A stretch of DNA of 64,000 bases from Peribolospora baueri (taxonomy: Eukaryota): the NCBI GenBank assembly GCA_029717555.1, contig JAMDHS010000107.1, positions 1 to 64,000 on the forward strand, read 5' to 3'. The notes beneath the pieces are model-generated. The model was given only the letters and a program-made list of their open reading frames with translations, did not search any database and was not told the DNA's origin. A program made the position numbers and the translations under genes. The stretch's first letter is position 1, and each line of letters opens with the position of its first letter. Positions 50,173 through 62,275 of this stretch are shown one piece after another.

Positions 50173-53100
50173 ATGGCACCACCGCCTGCTGCTGATCGAC
50201 CAGTGGCATCGTGGTCGCTCATAGGAGGCGGACCCTCTCCAGCTCGCCGCTTCTCGTCTGTCGAGTCCGGCCGCCCAGAGGAGTTGGCCGACAAGACACA
50301 CGACCACCCGGAATCTCCGATCCCTCCTCTCGTCATCCCCATTCTTGCCATATTCTTCGTATTGGTCGCCCTAACCGCGGGTTGCTGGATTTGTAGCAAA
50401 TGGCGCCGCCGTCGCAAGAAAAACAAGGCGCGCAAGGTCAAAAAACAAAAGGACATCGCTTCTGCTTCCTCACCCGTTCAAGAGATGGAGGAGCTAGACG
50501 TGGGAGAGTGCGCCAAAATGATGGACAGTCACCGCGATATGATGGACAGTCACCGCGATGCGGATGTCGCCAGCAGAGCACCGTCTTCTCCCACCCCTGG
50601 CAGCGTTGAGACCACATCGACGCTCATCGATGCCCGCCCTTCCACGGCTCGCCCGACCACCGCCGGGATATCGAGTCTGACGTCCTCGTCTTCTTATCGA
50701 CCCCGCGCACACGCTCTCGCGCCTTCTTGGGTCATCCATCACGCTCGTGTACGGTTCCAACGACTGGGAATGCGCGGCTTTGGACACCTGCACGAGGAAG
50801 GTGTTGAGGGTGCGCCTTTAAAAGACGTGTTGACTGAGGAGAGGTGGAGAGAGTGGCACGGCAGCGGCTTACTCAGTATGTCACCTGGGTTAGCAGACGG
50901 AGACAACGATGGATTTGGTATTGGCTATCCCGGCAACGACCTGGGTTCGCACAAGGTCGCGGGCGGAGAGGCGGGCGACCTGGCCCGCGCCCGCGCCCAC
51001 ACTGGTCGCCAACACGCGCGCGAGGAGGAGTCGGAGAACGTAGCTGACGTTCGTCACACCTTTGAGGGCAAGCGCGAGGTCGGAAAGTGGGAACGACACC
51101 GCGGTTTCGGAGGCGACGCCGCTTGCAAGTACGGCTCAGCTCATCACCACATGCACGCCGACGGCTTCCAGGGCTTGCAACGCGGCATGAGCAGGATGTG
51201 GGGCAGCTTTTCGACCAAGATGCTGAACGTGTTCAAGGACTCGCAGCTGGACGAGGAGGAAGATCTGGAGAGTGGCACCCTCGCAGCATCCGAACCGCCT
51301 TCTCGTCCGACATCGCCTTTGCCTTGGCGCCACGCTAAGTCTGGAGAAGAAGGGCACAAACAAGAGTACCGTGAACTTTCCCGTACGCGTGTCGACCATC
51401 GCGTTTCGGACGCGACAACGCTCTTCAGCGACCTCCTCACGCCCAAAGACAAGATGTTCGTGCAGGAAGACAAGCTCGAGGCCGAGACGAAGCCGGAGCC
51501 GTGGTCCGACGAAGTACGCGCCTCCCTCTCTAAGCCTCCGCGCCGCTCGTCGGGCGCATACATTCACTCCTCCAAAGCACCCTCGGGACGTCTGGCTCAG
51601 TCCGACTCCAATACCGCGAAGCGAGTCTCTCAAAGCCCAATCTCGGCTCGAGACGCCATGGCCAAGTTGCATCCGACGCAAGTTTCCCGTTCTCCTTCTC
51701 GTCCCCGTCCTCATCTTTCCGCGAAGCCACCCAGGAGCAGCTCTGACGAAGAGCTCAAGCGAAGTTTTGAAATGTATTCGCTGCAGCAGACCCCGTCCGC
51801 TCGAGCTGCTCCTTGGGGCCATCAGCATCCACAATCGCGACATCCGAGCGGCGGGCGCAGTATAGACTTTGAAACCATGGTCAAAAAGACGCAAACGGCG
51901 CTCGATGAGCTTGTCTCGATACTCCAGCCTGACCATCGACGTCGGCGTGGGGCTCGGAGCCCTAGCGACGAGGGTGGCTCTAGCACTTCGATAACCGACT
52001 CGAGCGCCGACGACGAGTATCCGTCGGACGACCATGCCGGATGGTCTCTTCTTCACTCTCGCTCTACTTCGACAATTCTTCACGTAGTTGACATGCGCCC
52101 GCTCGAAGCGGTCACGCATGCGGCGGCTGCGGAAGCGTCGTCCAAAGCGGGAGACGAAGGCTCGATGAGCTTCTTCGACGTTGACCTCTCCAGCGGGAAC
52201 GATTGCCAGGAGCACTTGTCCGACGCCAGCTTTGGTCGCGTCAGCACGCAGTCGTCCGAGTGGATCGATGTTCCGATCGACGTCCGACGACGACGCGAGA
52301 GCGGAGCCGTGCCACCTTCGTCAGGGACGTCGTCTAGCGGTATCTCCCGGCTCGTCCGACGCAGCGCCATCGCCGACCATCGTCGCTCCTCGCGCCAAGA
52401 GAGCAGGTATTTCCGCCTTTCCGACGGCAGCGTTGAGGACTCTTCGAGCGCTTTCACCAACGGTATCACTCGAGCGCGCCCCGTGGAAGTGCTGGAGGAT
52501 ATCGCTACCGCACCGGGGAACGCCAGCGATGTCACGTCGCCTGGTCGCGCTTGCGAGGGTTCCAAAGGGGTGACCGTGATGATCGAGAACGATGGAGACG
52601 GAGTCGCACATGACGAGGCATCGAGTGTGGGCTCGTATCCCCGCGTTCAAGAGTCTCGGCGCCGCGAGGGATCGTTCTCCGCTGTGATGCAAAAAAGTTC
52701 AGGGGTGCGGTCGAGAACAGAGGGAGAAGAGCTCACTCAAGGAGACGTCGACGATCTTGAGGCCGGCGGGTCCGAGGATGGTCGCCTGCCCTCCTCCGTC
52801 GTCGACGTGCTGCTTGCCGTCTCCGTGGGCAATGCTCCGACCGAAACGGGAAAGACGTCGGTTGGAGGACACATGCGTCAGGCGGAGGAGAAAGGGACCG
52901 GTGCGGGAATGGACGCTACGATAATACCCTCTCTCGACGTCGGTTCCATCCCCGAAGCGCCCAACGCGTACTCCAACTGTACAGAGAAGTCGAACGATGG
53001 GGAGGAGACCCCGGTCTTCGTCCCCTCTCCAGAGCTCCAGCGGGCTGCTCTTCGGGAAGAGGTTTCGCCTTCGACGGATTCAGCTTCGCCCCCGCCCTTA

Positions 53101-53997
53101 CCGCCGAAGGAATTCGCCAAATCGCATGACCTCGCGGCCACAGCGGTCGAGGGTGCAGCACCGGCTTCTCTTCCGTCTGTGCAAGGCTCCTCACACGAGG
53201 TGAACAACCGGGGAAGGGTGGTGAGCGCAGGGAAGATGCATAAGAGCGTCAAGATGATGATAGCCGATTTTGAGGCTGGGGCCAAAGCGGCCGCCTCCCC
53301 TCGTTCCTCTTCGCCTCCGCTACAAATCTCGCCGACCTTTTCGCCTCGAAACCACCCCCTCGCTCTTGGACCTGTCATCCGCGCTGTCCACTCACCCGCC
53401 GATATACGCTCTTCATCGGCCTTGCCACTCTCACCGCAGAACCACCCGCACCTCTTTTTCGCGAACGCGGTGCCGCTGACCGGGCTCGTGCGTGTCGACG
53501 CCAATGGTAGCGGAGGAAAGCCGACGCCGGTCCGCCTCGAGGGCTTCGCCCAGGCTGTAGCGCCCACAGCGGGGATTACCTCGATGCTCGCGGGCGCTGA
53601 AGCGGGTAGGCCTTCTGGCCGTGAATCCGGTGCGCCTTCCACCGACTTCAGGAGTACCACTTTGGGTACGCCACCCCTCGGCCCAAGCACAGAGGTCCTG
53701 GGAAGGTCTACGTCCTGTTCGAGCGGTGGGGTCATCTCCAGCACGCACCGTACCTCCATTGTCTCCACCGATCCTCTCGAGCCTCGTCAGAGTCGCGCCA
53801 GCGGTGTGGAGGAGGACGGAAAACAGCCGTCAGCGCCTCCCGCGTCAGGACACAAAGTTGCCAGTGGCGACTCCGCCGATATACCACTGGCCCGGAACGC
53901 GTCCGAAGACGCTTTCGGTGATGTGGTCGTCAGCTTCGGCAGCCTCGCGAGCGACGGCGCGCTAGCCGCCTTCCTCTCTCCAAACCGGATGCTCTGA
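50173..53997 (+). CDS. Hypothetical 1274-aa single-pass membrane protein, long S/R/P-rich tail
   Basis: Uninterrupted 3.8-kb ORF; hydrophobic LVIPILAIFFVLVALTAGCWIC followed by KWRRRRKK stop-transfer; no recognisable domain. Confidence 0.7.
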   Translation: MAPPPAADRPVASWSLIGGGPSPARRFSSVESGRPEELADKTHDHPESPIPPLVIPILAIFFVLVALTAGCWICSKWRRRRKKNKARKVKKQKDIASASSPVQEMEELDVGECAKMMDSHRDMMDSHRDADVASRAPSSPTPGSVETTSTLIDARPSTARPTTAGISSLTSSSSYRPRAHALAPSWVIHHARVRFQRLGMRGFGHLHEEGVEGAPLKDVLTEERWREWHGSGLLSMSPGLADGDNDGFGIGYPGNDLGSHKVAGGEAGDLARARAHTGRQHAREEESENVADVRHTFEGKREVGKWERHRGFGGDAACKYGSAHHHMHADGFQGLQRGMSRMWGSFSTKMLNVFKDSQLDEEEDLESGTLAASEPPSRPTSPLPWRHAKSGEEGHKQEYRELSRTRVDHRVSDATTLFSDLLTPKDKMFVQEDKLEAETKPEPWSDEVRASLSKPPRRSSGAYIHSSKAPSGRLAQSDSNTAKRVSQSPISARDAMAKLHPTQVSRSPSRPRPHLSAKPPRSSSDEELKRSFEMYSLQQTPSARAAPWGHQHPQSRHPSGGRSIDFETMVKKTQTALDELVSILQPDHRRRRGARSPSDEGGSSTSITDSSADDEYPSDDHAGWSLLHSRSTSTILHVVDMRPLEAVTHAAAAEASSKAGDEGSMSFFDVDLSSGNDCQEHLSDASFGRVSTQSSEWIDVPIDVRRRRESGAVPPSSGTSSSGISRLVRRSAIADHRRSSRQESRYFRLSDGSVEDSSSAFTNGITRARPVEVLEDIATAPGNASDVTSPGRACEGSKGVTVMIENDGDGVAHDEASSVGSYPRVQESRRREGSFSAVMQKSSGVRSRTEGEELTQGDVDDLEAGGSEDGRLPSSVVDVLLAVSVGNAPTETGKTSVGGHMRQAEEKGTGAGMDATIIPSLDVGSIPEAPNAYSNCTEKSNDGEETPVFVPSPELQRAALREEVSPSTDSASPPPLPPKEFAKSHDLAATAVEGAAPASLPSVQGSSHEVNNRGRVVSAGKMHKSVKMMIADFEAGAKAAASPRSSSPPLQISPTFSPRNHPLALGPVIRAVHSPADIRSSSALPLSPQNHPHLFFANAVPLTGLVRVDANGSGGKPTPVRLEGFAQAVAPTAGITSMLAGAEAGRPSGRESGAPSTDFRSTTLGTPPLGPSTEVLGRSTSCSSGGVISSTHRTSIVSTDPLEPRQSRASGVEEDGKQPSAPPASGHKVASGDSADIPLARNASEDAFGDVVVSFGSLASDGALAAFLSPNRML

Positions 53998-55625
53998 ACG
54001 CGACCGAGTGCTCGTCTCGCTCGTATTTCGTCCCCCCCCCCCTTTAATTCACCGACCAGTTACGCCCAATATCCAATCATTCATTCAATCACGTTCCTCT
54101 CTGTAGCTTGTTACTTCTCTTCTCATTTCATCTGTGGTCCTTTTCGTTCTCGTCCTTCCTTCCTTCCGCCCGTCCGTCCGTTCGGGAAGCAAGACGTCCG
54201 TGTCGTCCTTCGCTCTCCTGTCTTTCGTTGTTGACTGAACCGATCGATTCAAGTCTTGTTGGTGCGACTGTAATATCATCTCGTTCATCTGTAGTCCGAA
54301 TTGAAAGCTCACACCAGTTTGGGGCCTCCTCGTCTCACCTCATGTCTCAGAAGGCCCATTGAGGAGTGATCGTTCGTCACGAGCCAACTCGCCTCGCTCC
54401 ATTCCGCGCCACACGCTATTACCACTTTACTCGCCTTAAACGAGACCGAGGTGGAAGAAGGAAGGACGCGTCCACCTGCGGACGAAGACCTGTCCGCGGT
54501 TCTCAAATCAAACTTTCCTCAACGGCCGTCTCATCCCGATAGCAGCCGCGCAGGCGGCCGTGTTGGTATCTATGGATATTCCGTGAGGGGCGAAAAAGAA
54601 GGAACAAGGAAGCAGAGAAAAGGCCCCGCGCAGCACAATCCTCGGTTCGCCTTTTTCCGCATACGTCCGAGACGGCTTCAGGCCCGAGAAGGCGAAAGCA
54701 AGTAACCAAGAGACTATGAGAGCGCAACAGTGACACCACTGGGGAAAGGAACGAAGGTCGAGAGACTGAATCCACAAGAACGGCCGGATTAAAGAGCATC
54801 CGGAAGTGAACAAAACCGAAGAGAAGAAGAGAGACCGGGGGAATCCAGGAACCAGCCCCAACCGATCCGAAACTACCGTCCACGTACAGAAAAAAGAGCA
54901 TATCGGTGAGGTAAACGAAGAGACATCGCGTCTCTCCGAGGGGACGGCGTCCAGCTCGGCCTCACAAAGTGAACAAGACGAGGCATCGAGCGGCCGAGTG
55001 AGGTAGCCACCGAAGGCCTGGGAATAGCTAGGTGTGTGGAAAAGCAGAGAGCAACACAAACGGCACCGCGTTGTCCGAAGACGCCAGTCCGCCCGTCGTT
55101 TTTGCTTGCGGTGGCTCTAGACCCACTCGCAATCGTCGGCCGCCCGCCATCCAGCCCTGGTAGCAGATTTGGGTGGTATCAGATCCTGGTCCAGCCCACG
55201 CACACGTAGAACACGGGGAGGATGGCGCTTGCGAGGACGCCGATGCCAAGGTAGACGAGGACCTGATCGATGAGTGGGGGTGGCGTGGGGGTGGACGCCA
55301 ACCGTAGGCGAGAGGCAGGGACAAGGGGAGAAAAGAAAGAGATCATCTCGTCAACATTGTTCACCGACGAGCAAAACAAAATGAAAAACGAAGCATCGGA
55401 AACTTCCGGAACACAAAACGACGAGGATGAAACAAAGGAGACGACGGGAAGTCACGGGCACGTGAAACAAAGAAGGCGGGCAGCCGATCGGTAGCGAACG
55501 ACGAGGCGAGCACGGTGGCAGGGAAACCTTTTACCTTTTTTTCCTCGTGAGGAAGGATTAAGGATTAATTACCAATACACGCGGAGCGCAACGAAGTAAA
55601 AAGGGGCAAACGGCGGTGGGCTAAT

Positions 55626-58179
55626 CTATGAAGTCCACTTGTCCAGAAAGACGAAGAGGATCGGAACCCATCCGGCTCCAAGGAAGCCGATGCCCGCGTA
55701 CGTAATCACCTTAGTTAAAACTGGGATGGACGGCATAGAGAGGAAGAGGGCGGCGAAGAAGTTGAGGTTTCCATCAGTTCACAGGACGACGAAGACGCCA
55801 GCTGCACCTTTTGCCCCGGTTATGGGCACCGTTCACGTGAGCGACGGCCGTTCTCACCTTCAGCATCATAGTGCTTCACATCCTTGCCGCTCGACTCGCC
55901 CTGCCTCGCCGCCACGTCGTTCAGCATGAAGCTTGGCGTCGGCGTCGGCGGCCTTCCGAGCTCCCTGGCATCCCGCTCCCTCTCCTTCTCCTTCTCCTGC
56001 ACGGCGGTCATTGCCCGACCGCCGACTGTGCCATGAGCATAAGGATTCGCAGTCGCCACCGGTCCCCGCAGCTTGAGCACGCCCGGCTCAGCTGCCGGGT
56101 TCGCCCTGGATGCGATGTCGGAGGAAGCACCAAGAGGGACAGAGCGCGAGGATGCCGAGTGGTGCAGGGAGTGGTTGGAGAAGGTCGAGGGGAGGTCGAT
56201 GACGGAGGGAATCGGATGGAGGAGACCATCGGGAGGAGGAGGTGGAATGGATTTATAATCTCTGAGGCGTCCCAAGGCAGGTAAAATAGCGAGAGAAACG
56301 GCCCAATATTAGTCGAAGACCGGTAAACTTCTCACGAACCGAGTCCAACGAACCGACGACGCGCGCGCGAGGCACTCACGTGGCGGGCGTGTAATGCCGC
56401 CTAGGCAAGGTGAAGCTGAAGGTCTGAGCGACAAAGCGGAAGATGGGAGGCAGGGCCACGCGGCAAACGGCCTTGGCGAGGAGACGCCAGACAAAGATGC
56501 AGGAGATGCCTGATTCGACGGTTCAAGGCGGGGAAAATTTAGCTGCACGGTTGATTCATCGTACAAAGCCATGGGCAGACCGCAATAGCGCCGGTCCCAA
56601 CCACTCACCGAGCGCCATCTTAGCGAGGGACCGACCGGACCAACCGATCCAGGTCTCGTCCTCCATCAGCGGAGGCACCGCCCATGTCGTGCCACCAAGC
56701 CCAGAGGCAGCGGTACCGCCGCCGAGGGAAGCAGATATAGTGTTGCCGAGATGATCGGCAGCGGTGCCCACAGCGTGGAGGAAGGGGTGTCGGTCGCCGA
56801 GAAGAGCGAGTTTGACGCTCTGCCACCGCCCAAGCTGGACGCCCATCACTACGCTTACGAAGGCAATCGCATCTTCGAAGCAGGGGCAGTCGTCTACAGG
56901 TTCCGGGTGGAGGGAGACCATGAGAAGACCGCTGGGGATGATCAACGCCGGCACTGGTCGTCGAGATGAAGCGATCGGGTTAGATATTCTGTCGAGGCCT
57001 TTTTACGAGGCGCGTGCGATGACGAGCTCACCTATCCAGCTGGTGTTGAGAGTGAAGGCCTCAATCTCTTGGAAGAAGGCCCACTGGACCCACGAAATGA
57101 AGGCGCCGAGCCCGACGCCGGCGATACAGTCTGGCGAAACGAGAAATGTCCGCACACGTCATGGACCGGGCTCGAGGAGATAGGCGTCCGTGCGCGCTCT
57201 CGCCGCGACGACACTCACCGACGATGCTGTGCATGCCACAATAAATCCTTCCCACCACGATGCTTAGGGCATACCATGCCAATCCAAGCTCAGAAAGCCA
57301 ACTGCCAATGAACCACCCGTCCGCACCGGCGCGCCTAGCTGCGACGACCCAGCTGTACAAGTACAAGGCGACACTGACGGCGTTGGTGGAGTGTGTGGAG
57401 AGGAAGCCGTACTCGAGGTGGTGGGTGCCGATGGTGAGACGGGTGACCGGAGGGGAATAGGGCCGGGGGACGCAGAGAAGGTCTTTGACGACAGAGGAGA
57501 GGTAGACGCCGGCTGCGAGGATGTTGATGAGCCTTCCAGGCAAATGGCGGGAGGCGAACGCGTTATTAACGCTCGCATCCCAATGTGCGACCGCGTGGGG
57601 CCGGAAGTGGCTCACGAAAGCAACACGGCGTCTGACATTCACTCACCCCCGAGCGAAGCGGGCGTTGCCAAGCCAGAAGCATGCTGGCAGGAAGACGAGG
57701 AAGAAGCTGTGCGTGCCCAGAAGAGAGGTTTGCACAAAGTACGAGTCTAGGGTGGGTGTGCGGGCCGTGGCCTAGAGAAGGGGGGGGGGGCATAATGTCA
57801 CCACCGCGAGCAATGAGCGATCTGTCGACGTCAATGACACTGGCCATAGCCCCTCGCGCGCGTAGCTCACTTGAATATAAGCGAGAAGCTTTGTCTCTTT
57901 CCTCAAGCTCCACACGAGCGCCTTGCGTATGCCGGCCCTCCAAGCTGGCAAGACGCGATCATATGCTTCTTCAGGCGAGAGTCCGATATCCGTCGGAGCG
58001 CCTACCTCCTCTGCGAAGCTGACGGGAGAGGAAGAGCGGCTGATGGAGGCGGCGACGGGGGGAGCGCCTGAGAACGGCTCTTTGGTGTAGGCATAAGGGT
58101 TGAAAACGGGGCGAGAAGAGAAGGAGGAGGGGGAGGAGGGGCGCGACGAGGGCGGGGAGGTCGTGAAAGTGGCTGGCAT
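55626..58179 (-). CDS. Sphingoid long-chain base-1-phosphate phosphatase (PAP2 family, LCB3/YSR3-like)
   Basis: KDLLCVPRP, EYGFLSTHSTNA, RIYCGMHS, HPEPVDDCPCFEDA, HYDAEVLTKVITYAGIG; an alternative last exon ends at 55179. Confidence 0.9.
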
Positions 58180-59004
58180 GGTCGGCGTGTCGTGTCAATG
58201 AGGCAAGGGCGAGGGCATGCGGACGAGGAGATGAGGCGGGACGTCAAAGCACAACAGAGAAGCCAAAGCAGTGCGGAACAGGCGGTGCGGTGCGGTGCGG
58301 TCGGTCGCGCCGGAGGCCCCTAGGTGAAGGAGAGGACGAGGAGCGAGGAGGAGAGTGAAGACGGGCGGATTTGTCGATTCTACGCGACGGAGAATATTGG
58401 AGATTCTATGTGCCGCCCTGACGAGGTCTGATCCTGGCGAGGGCGGGCGGGTGAGGCGGGAGGGGCAAGAAGAAAGATATAAGTGAAGAAGAAAAAAAGA
58501 AGAGAAGGGGCGAGGAGGAGAGGGATCTACATGAACGACGGACGACGAAGAGGTCGGTCTCGTCGGTCGCCTCAAGACGTCGGTTTGTGGTGGTGAGAAG
58601 AGGGCGGTCGCGGATCGAGGATCGCTACCCCGCCGGGTGCCGAGCGCCGCAGCGCGGGTTAGGGTTATGGGCTCACAGCCGGCGATCCGTCCGGCGGCAT
58701 CGTCGCGACGATCGTATTTTGTATGTGTATATCCTCCCTGTACTCGCGCACGCATACGCCGATCGTGTATACCAGCCCGTCCGGCCACGTGCTTGCTCGC
58801 CCGCACGTGAGCGCCGCCTCGGATCGGGGCGGCCTATTGCGGTGGATGACGAGGAGCATTTGGGATTTCCTGATTCCCTTGTCCTACTTGCACTCCGGAC
58901 CGTCGTCCTTCTTGCCCCTCCTTCTTTCTTCTTCTTTATCATCTCCTCCTTCTCCCAACCTTTTTACACCCTCTTGCCGCTTACCCCCCGTCGCTATCAT
59001 CGTC

Positions 59005-61956
59005 ATGGCCGAGCCAGTCCCCACGCGCTCCCCCGGCAGCCGCCCTGGCAGCCGCAGAGGCAGCTTGACCCTCTCCTCGTACAGACGCGGCTCTGGCACC
59101 GAGAAGATGGCCTCCGGACATGTGTGTATCCGATGCTTCTATTTTGCTTGTCTCCTTGGCCGCCGTCGTGGCTCGGAAGACGCCAGCGCCGCGTTCCATC
59201 GTGGCCCGAACTGATTGCTAAGCTCGTCGGCTTGGCGGGCGCGGCGTCCACATCCGCTGACAACGGGTATCGTCCCCTCTTTTCTTTTTTTTTTTCGCAA
59301 CCCCTTCACTTTGCTCACCTCCTGCTCTTTGCGTCTGGTCGTCATGTCCGACACCGCCGCCCCACCTCGCCGCCCCATGGTGGTCCGTTGCCCCTACTTC
59401 GCCGACCCCCCACCAACACGCTCCTTGTCCTGCCCTGCTGCGCCCACCTATACTGCTGATGATGCACCCTCGCCCACGGCGTCCGGCGCCTCTCTGGGAT
59501 TGGCGCTCACGCCATCCTCCATCGCCGACCCTGACGATCGACCTTTCTGCTTGCCCTCGCGCAATGGCGACAATGGCGTCGACCGCTCTACATCCACTCA
59601 CACAACTCCGCCTTCCTCTCCGCCACCCTCTCCGCCACCTCTACCATTCTTGCCCACCGGGGAAACTCCGGGATCACCTGTGTTCTACCCATCTCCGTCT
59701 ACACCCGTGCCTCCACGATTTCACTCCCTACCGCCCTCTCGCTCCTTCACGCCCGTTCGACGACGCCGCCTCGTACGCAAGGTGTACACCTGGCACACGC
59801 GGACCCACGAGAACGAAGAGCTTCCGCACGCGACGAAGAAGGACCTCTTCGAACATCTCAAGGAATATGAGAAGCTCTTCACCGTCACGCCACAGAGGCT
59901 GAGGATGATCGTCGACGCGTTCGTCGACACGCTCGAGACGGGACTAAAGAAGCATGGACAGACTGTCGTGAGTGGTTCATCATGGGATGATTGACGTGGA
60001 GGGGACAGCGGTCGCAAAAACGCGGCCGCAGCGCCCGCATCGCCGCCGCCCTCTCATCTCATGCGTTGTCTGCCCTCCCATTCATCTAGCCAATGATCCC
60101 TACGTGGGTCTTCGGATGGCCTTCCGGTAAAGAGGAGGGCTCTTACCTCGCTATCGACCTCGGTGAGCCCGCATGACCGGTTTCCAATGGAAAAACACGC
60201 CGTGTTCGTCGGTGGCCTGACTATATGCCTCTTCTTGTCTCACCAGGCGGCACCAATCTCCGTGTCTGCCATGTCCAGCTCAAAGGCGAAGGTAAATTCA
60301 GCATCACGCAGTCCAAATTCCGTCTCACGGACGAGCAGAAGCAATGCAACGGGCAGGAGCTGTTCGACTTTTGCGCAGAGTGCCTTAAAACGTTCATCGA
60401 GGACAATTTTGGAAGCGAGGGGCAGGACGGTGTCATCTTCGAGGAGGAGATCGCGCTCGGGTTCACGTTCAGCTATCCTTGCGAGTGAGTTACCTTCCCG
60501 CTCGGTCCGTATGCACCGGGTCATCTCCCTCTGACCGATGGTCACCGGTTCGCCCCGCTACACAGGCAGGATCGCATCGACCACGGAAAGCTGATCCGCT
60601 GGACCAAGGGCTTCGGGAACCCGAACACGGAAGGGAGGGACTGCGCTGCCATGCTCATGACCAGCTTGGAGAAATACGTACGTGTCGAGCGAGCGGGCAG
60701 TCGCGTTTTCTCACGTGTGGGAGAGGTTCCAGCTCACATTGCCTCCTCGTCCCTCGGCCGCATGCTTCTGCACGTCCACAGCACGTGCCCATCAAGCTCA
60801 CCTCCATTATCAATGATACGACGGGAACGCTCATCGCTTCCAACTATGTCAACCCGAAGACCAAGATCGCTTGCATCTTCGGCACGGGTTGTAACGCGGC
60901 GTACATGGAGCACGTGGCGGACATTCCTAAGATTGCGGACAAGAAGATTGATCCGAAGTATGATATGGCCATCAACTGCGAGTGAGTTTTTTTGGGTCCT
61001 TGCCAATTGGCCGCCCGCGGTCTGGCTCACTGCACTCTCGACGTTCGGCAGATACGGTGCTTTCGACAGCTTCAAGCACGAGCACCTCCCCCGGACAAAG
61101 TACGACATGTCGATCGACCTCGCCTCGAATAAGCCCCACGAGCAAGCTTTCGAAAAGATGATCTCGGGTCTCTACCTCGGCGAGATCTTCCGCCTCGTCA
61201 TCTGCGAGCTTGTCGACGAGGGTGTCCTCTTCCTCGGTCAGAACACGTACAAGATCGAGAAGCCCCACGCGTTCGACACCGCTTTCTTGAGTCTGATCGA
61301 GAGGTATGTGGTGTGGTTCCCCAAGCCTTGCGATTCGTCTGAGACTCGTCTGAGTTAACTCGTCCCTCGTTCCGTGTCTCAGCGACCCGACCGAAGAACT
61401 TTTGACGGTCACTGGCCTCTTCACCCACTTTTTCGTCCTCGACACCACCATCCCAGAGCGTCAGTTCCTCCGACGCCTCGCCCAGCTCATCGGCACGCGC
61501 GCCGCCCGCCTCAGCGCGTGCGGAATTGCCGCCCTGTCGTCCAAGATGGGCTACGTCGAGAGGGGAGAGGAGATCGCCGTTGGGTGTGACGGCTCCTTGA
61601 TCAAGAACTATCCTCATTTCGGCGATCGGATTCACGAGGCGCTCGTCGACATTTTCGGCGAGAAGGGCAGGTGGGTCGGCCGGGTCGAGCGGGGCCGAGC
61701 TGTTTTTCGTTGTCGTTCGGATGGACACGAGTCGGTCTGAGCGATCTGCCCGTTTCTCCCCTCACAGGCTCATTCAAATCACCCACGCCGAGGACGGCAG
61801 CGGCGTCGGCGCCGCGCTCATCGCCGCCATGACCGAGGCGAGTGCTTCCTCCATCTCTTGTACTCGCCGCCGTGTTTCGCTAACGTCGTCACCCGCCTCC
61901 CGTCGCGTTGCTGTCTACAGGAGCGCAAGGCCGACGGCATCCACCCGGAACTCTAA
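59005..61956 (+). CDS. HXK: Hexokinase
   Basis: MIPTWVFG, YLAIDLG|GTNLRVC, LGFTFSYPC, LIRWTKGF, INDTTGTL, IFGTGCNAAY, FEKMISGLYLGEI, AEDGSGVGAALIAAM; N-terminus ambiguous (ATG 59005 vs 59344). Confidence 0.93.
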
Positions 61957-62275
61957 CCTCCGTTCGTCTGTCGTCAGCATGGAGGACACGGTGCCGGCGC
62001 TCGGTCAGGTGTCGTCGTAGCCCTAGCTCCGACAGTGCGCGTCGCCGCCGCCGTGTCTAATGATATACCAAAAATATGGCTTGAATCCCGATCGATCGTG
62101 AAGCGAACGTGAAGCCCGGCCCCTTCTGTAGTCTTTCCCCCACCCGGACTTGGAGATCACCGCCGTTCGATTCTATCTGTCGTGTTCCGCGGCCTGTCAT
62201 GCTCTTCTTTCGCTCTTCGGGGCCCGTAATAACACGCGTCTATCTGTAGAGCGGAGGTGATGACAGCAAGGGCAG

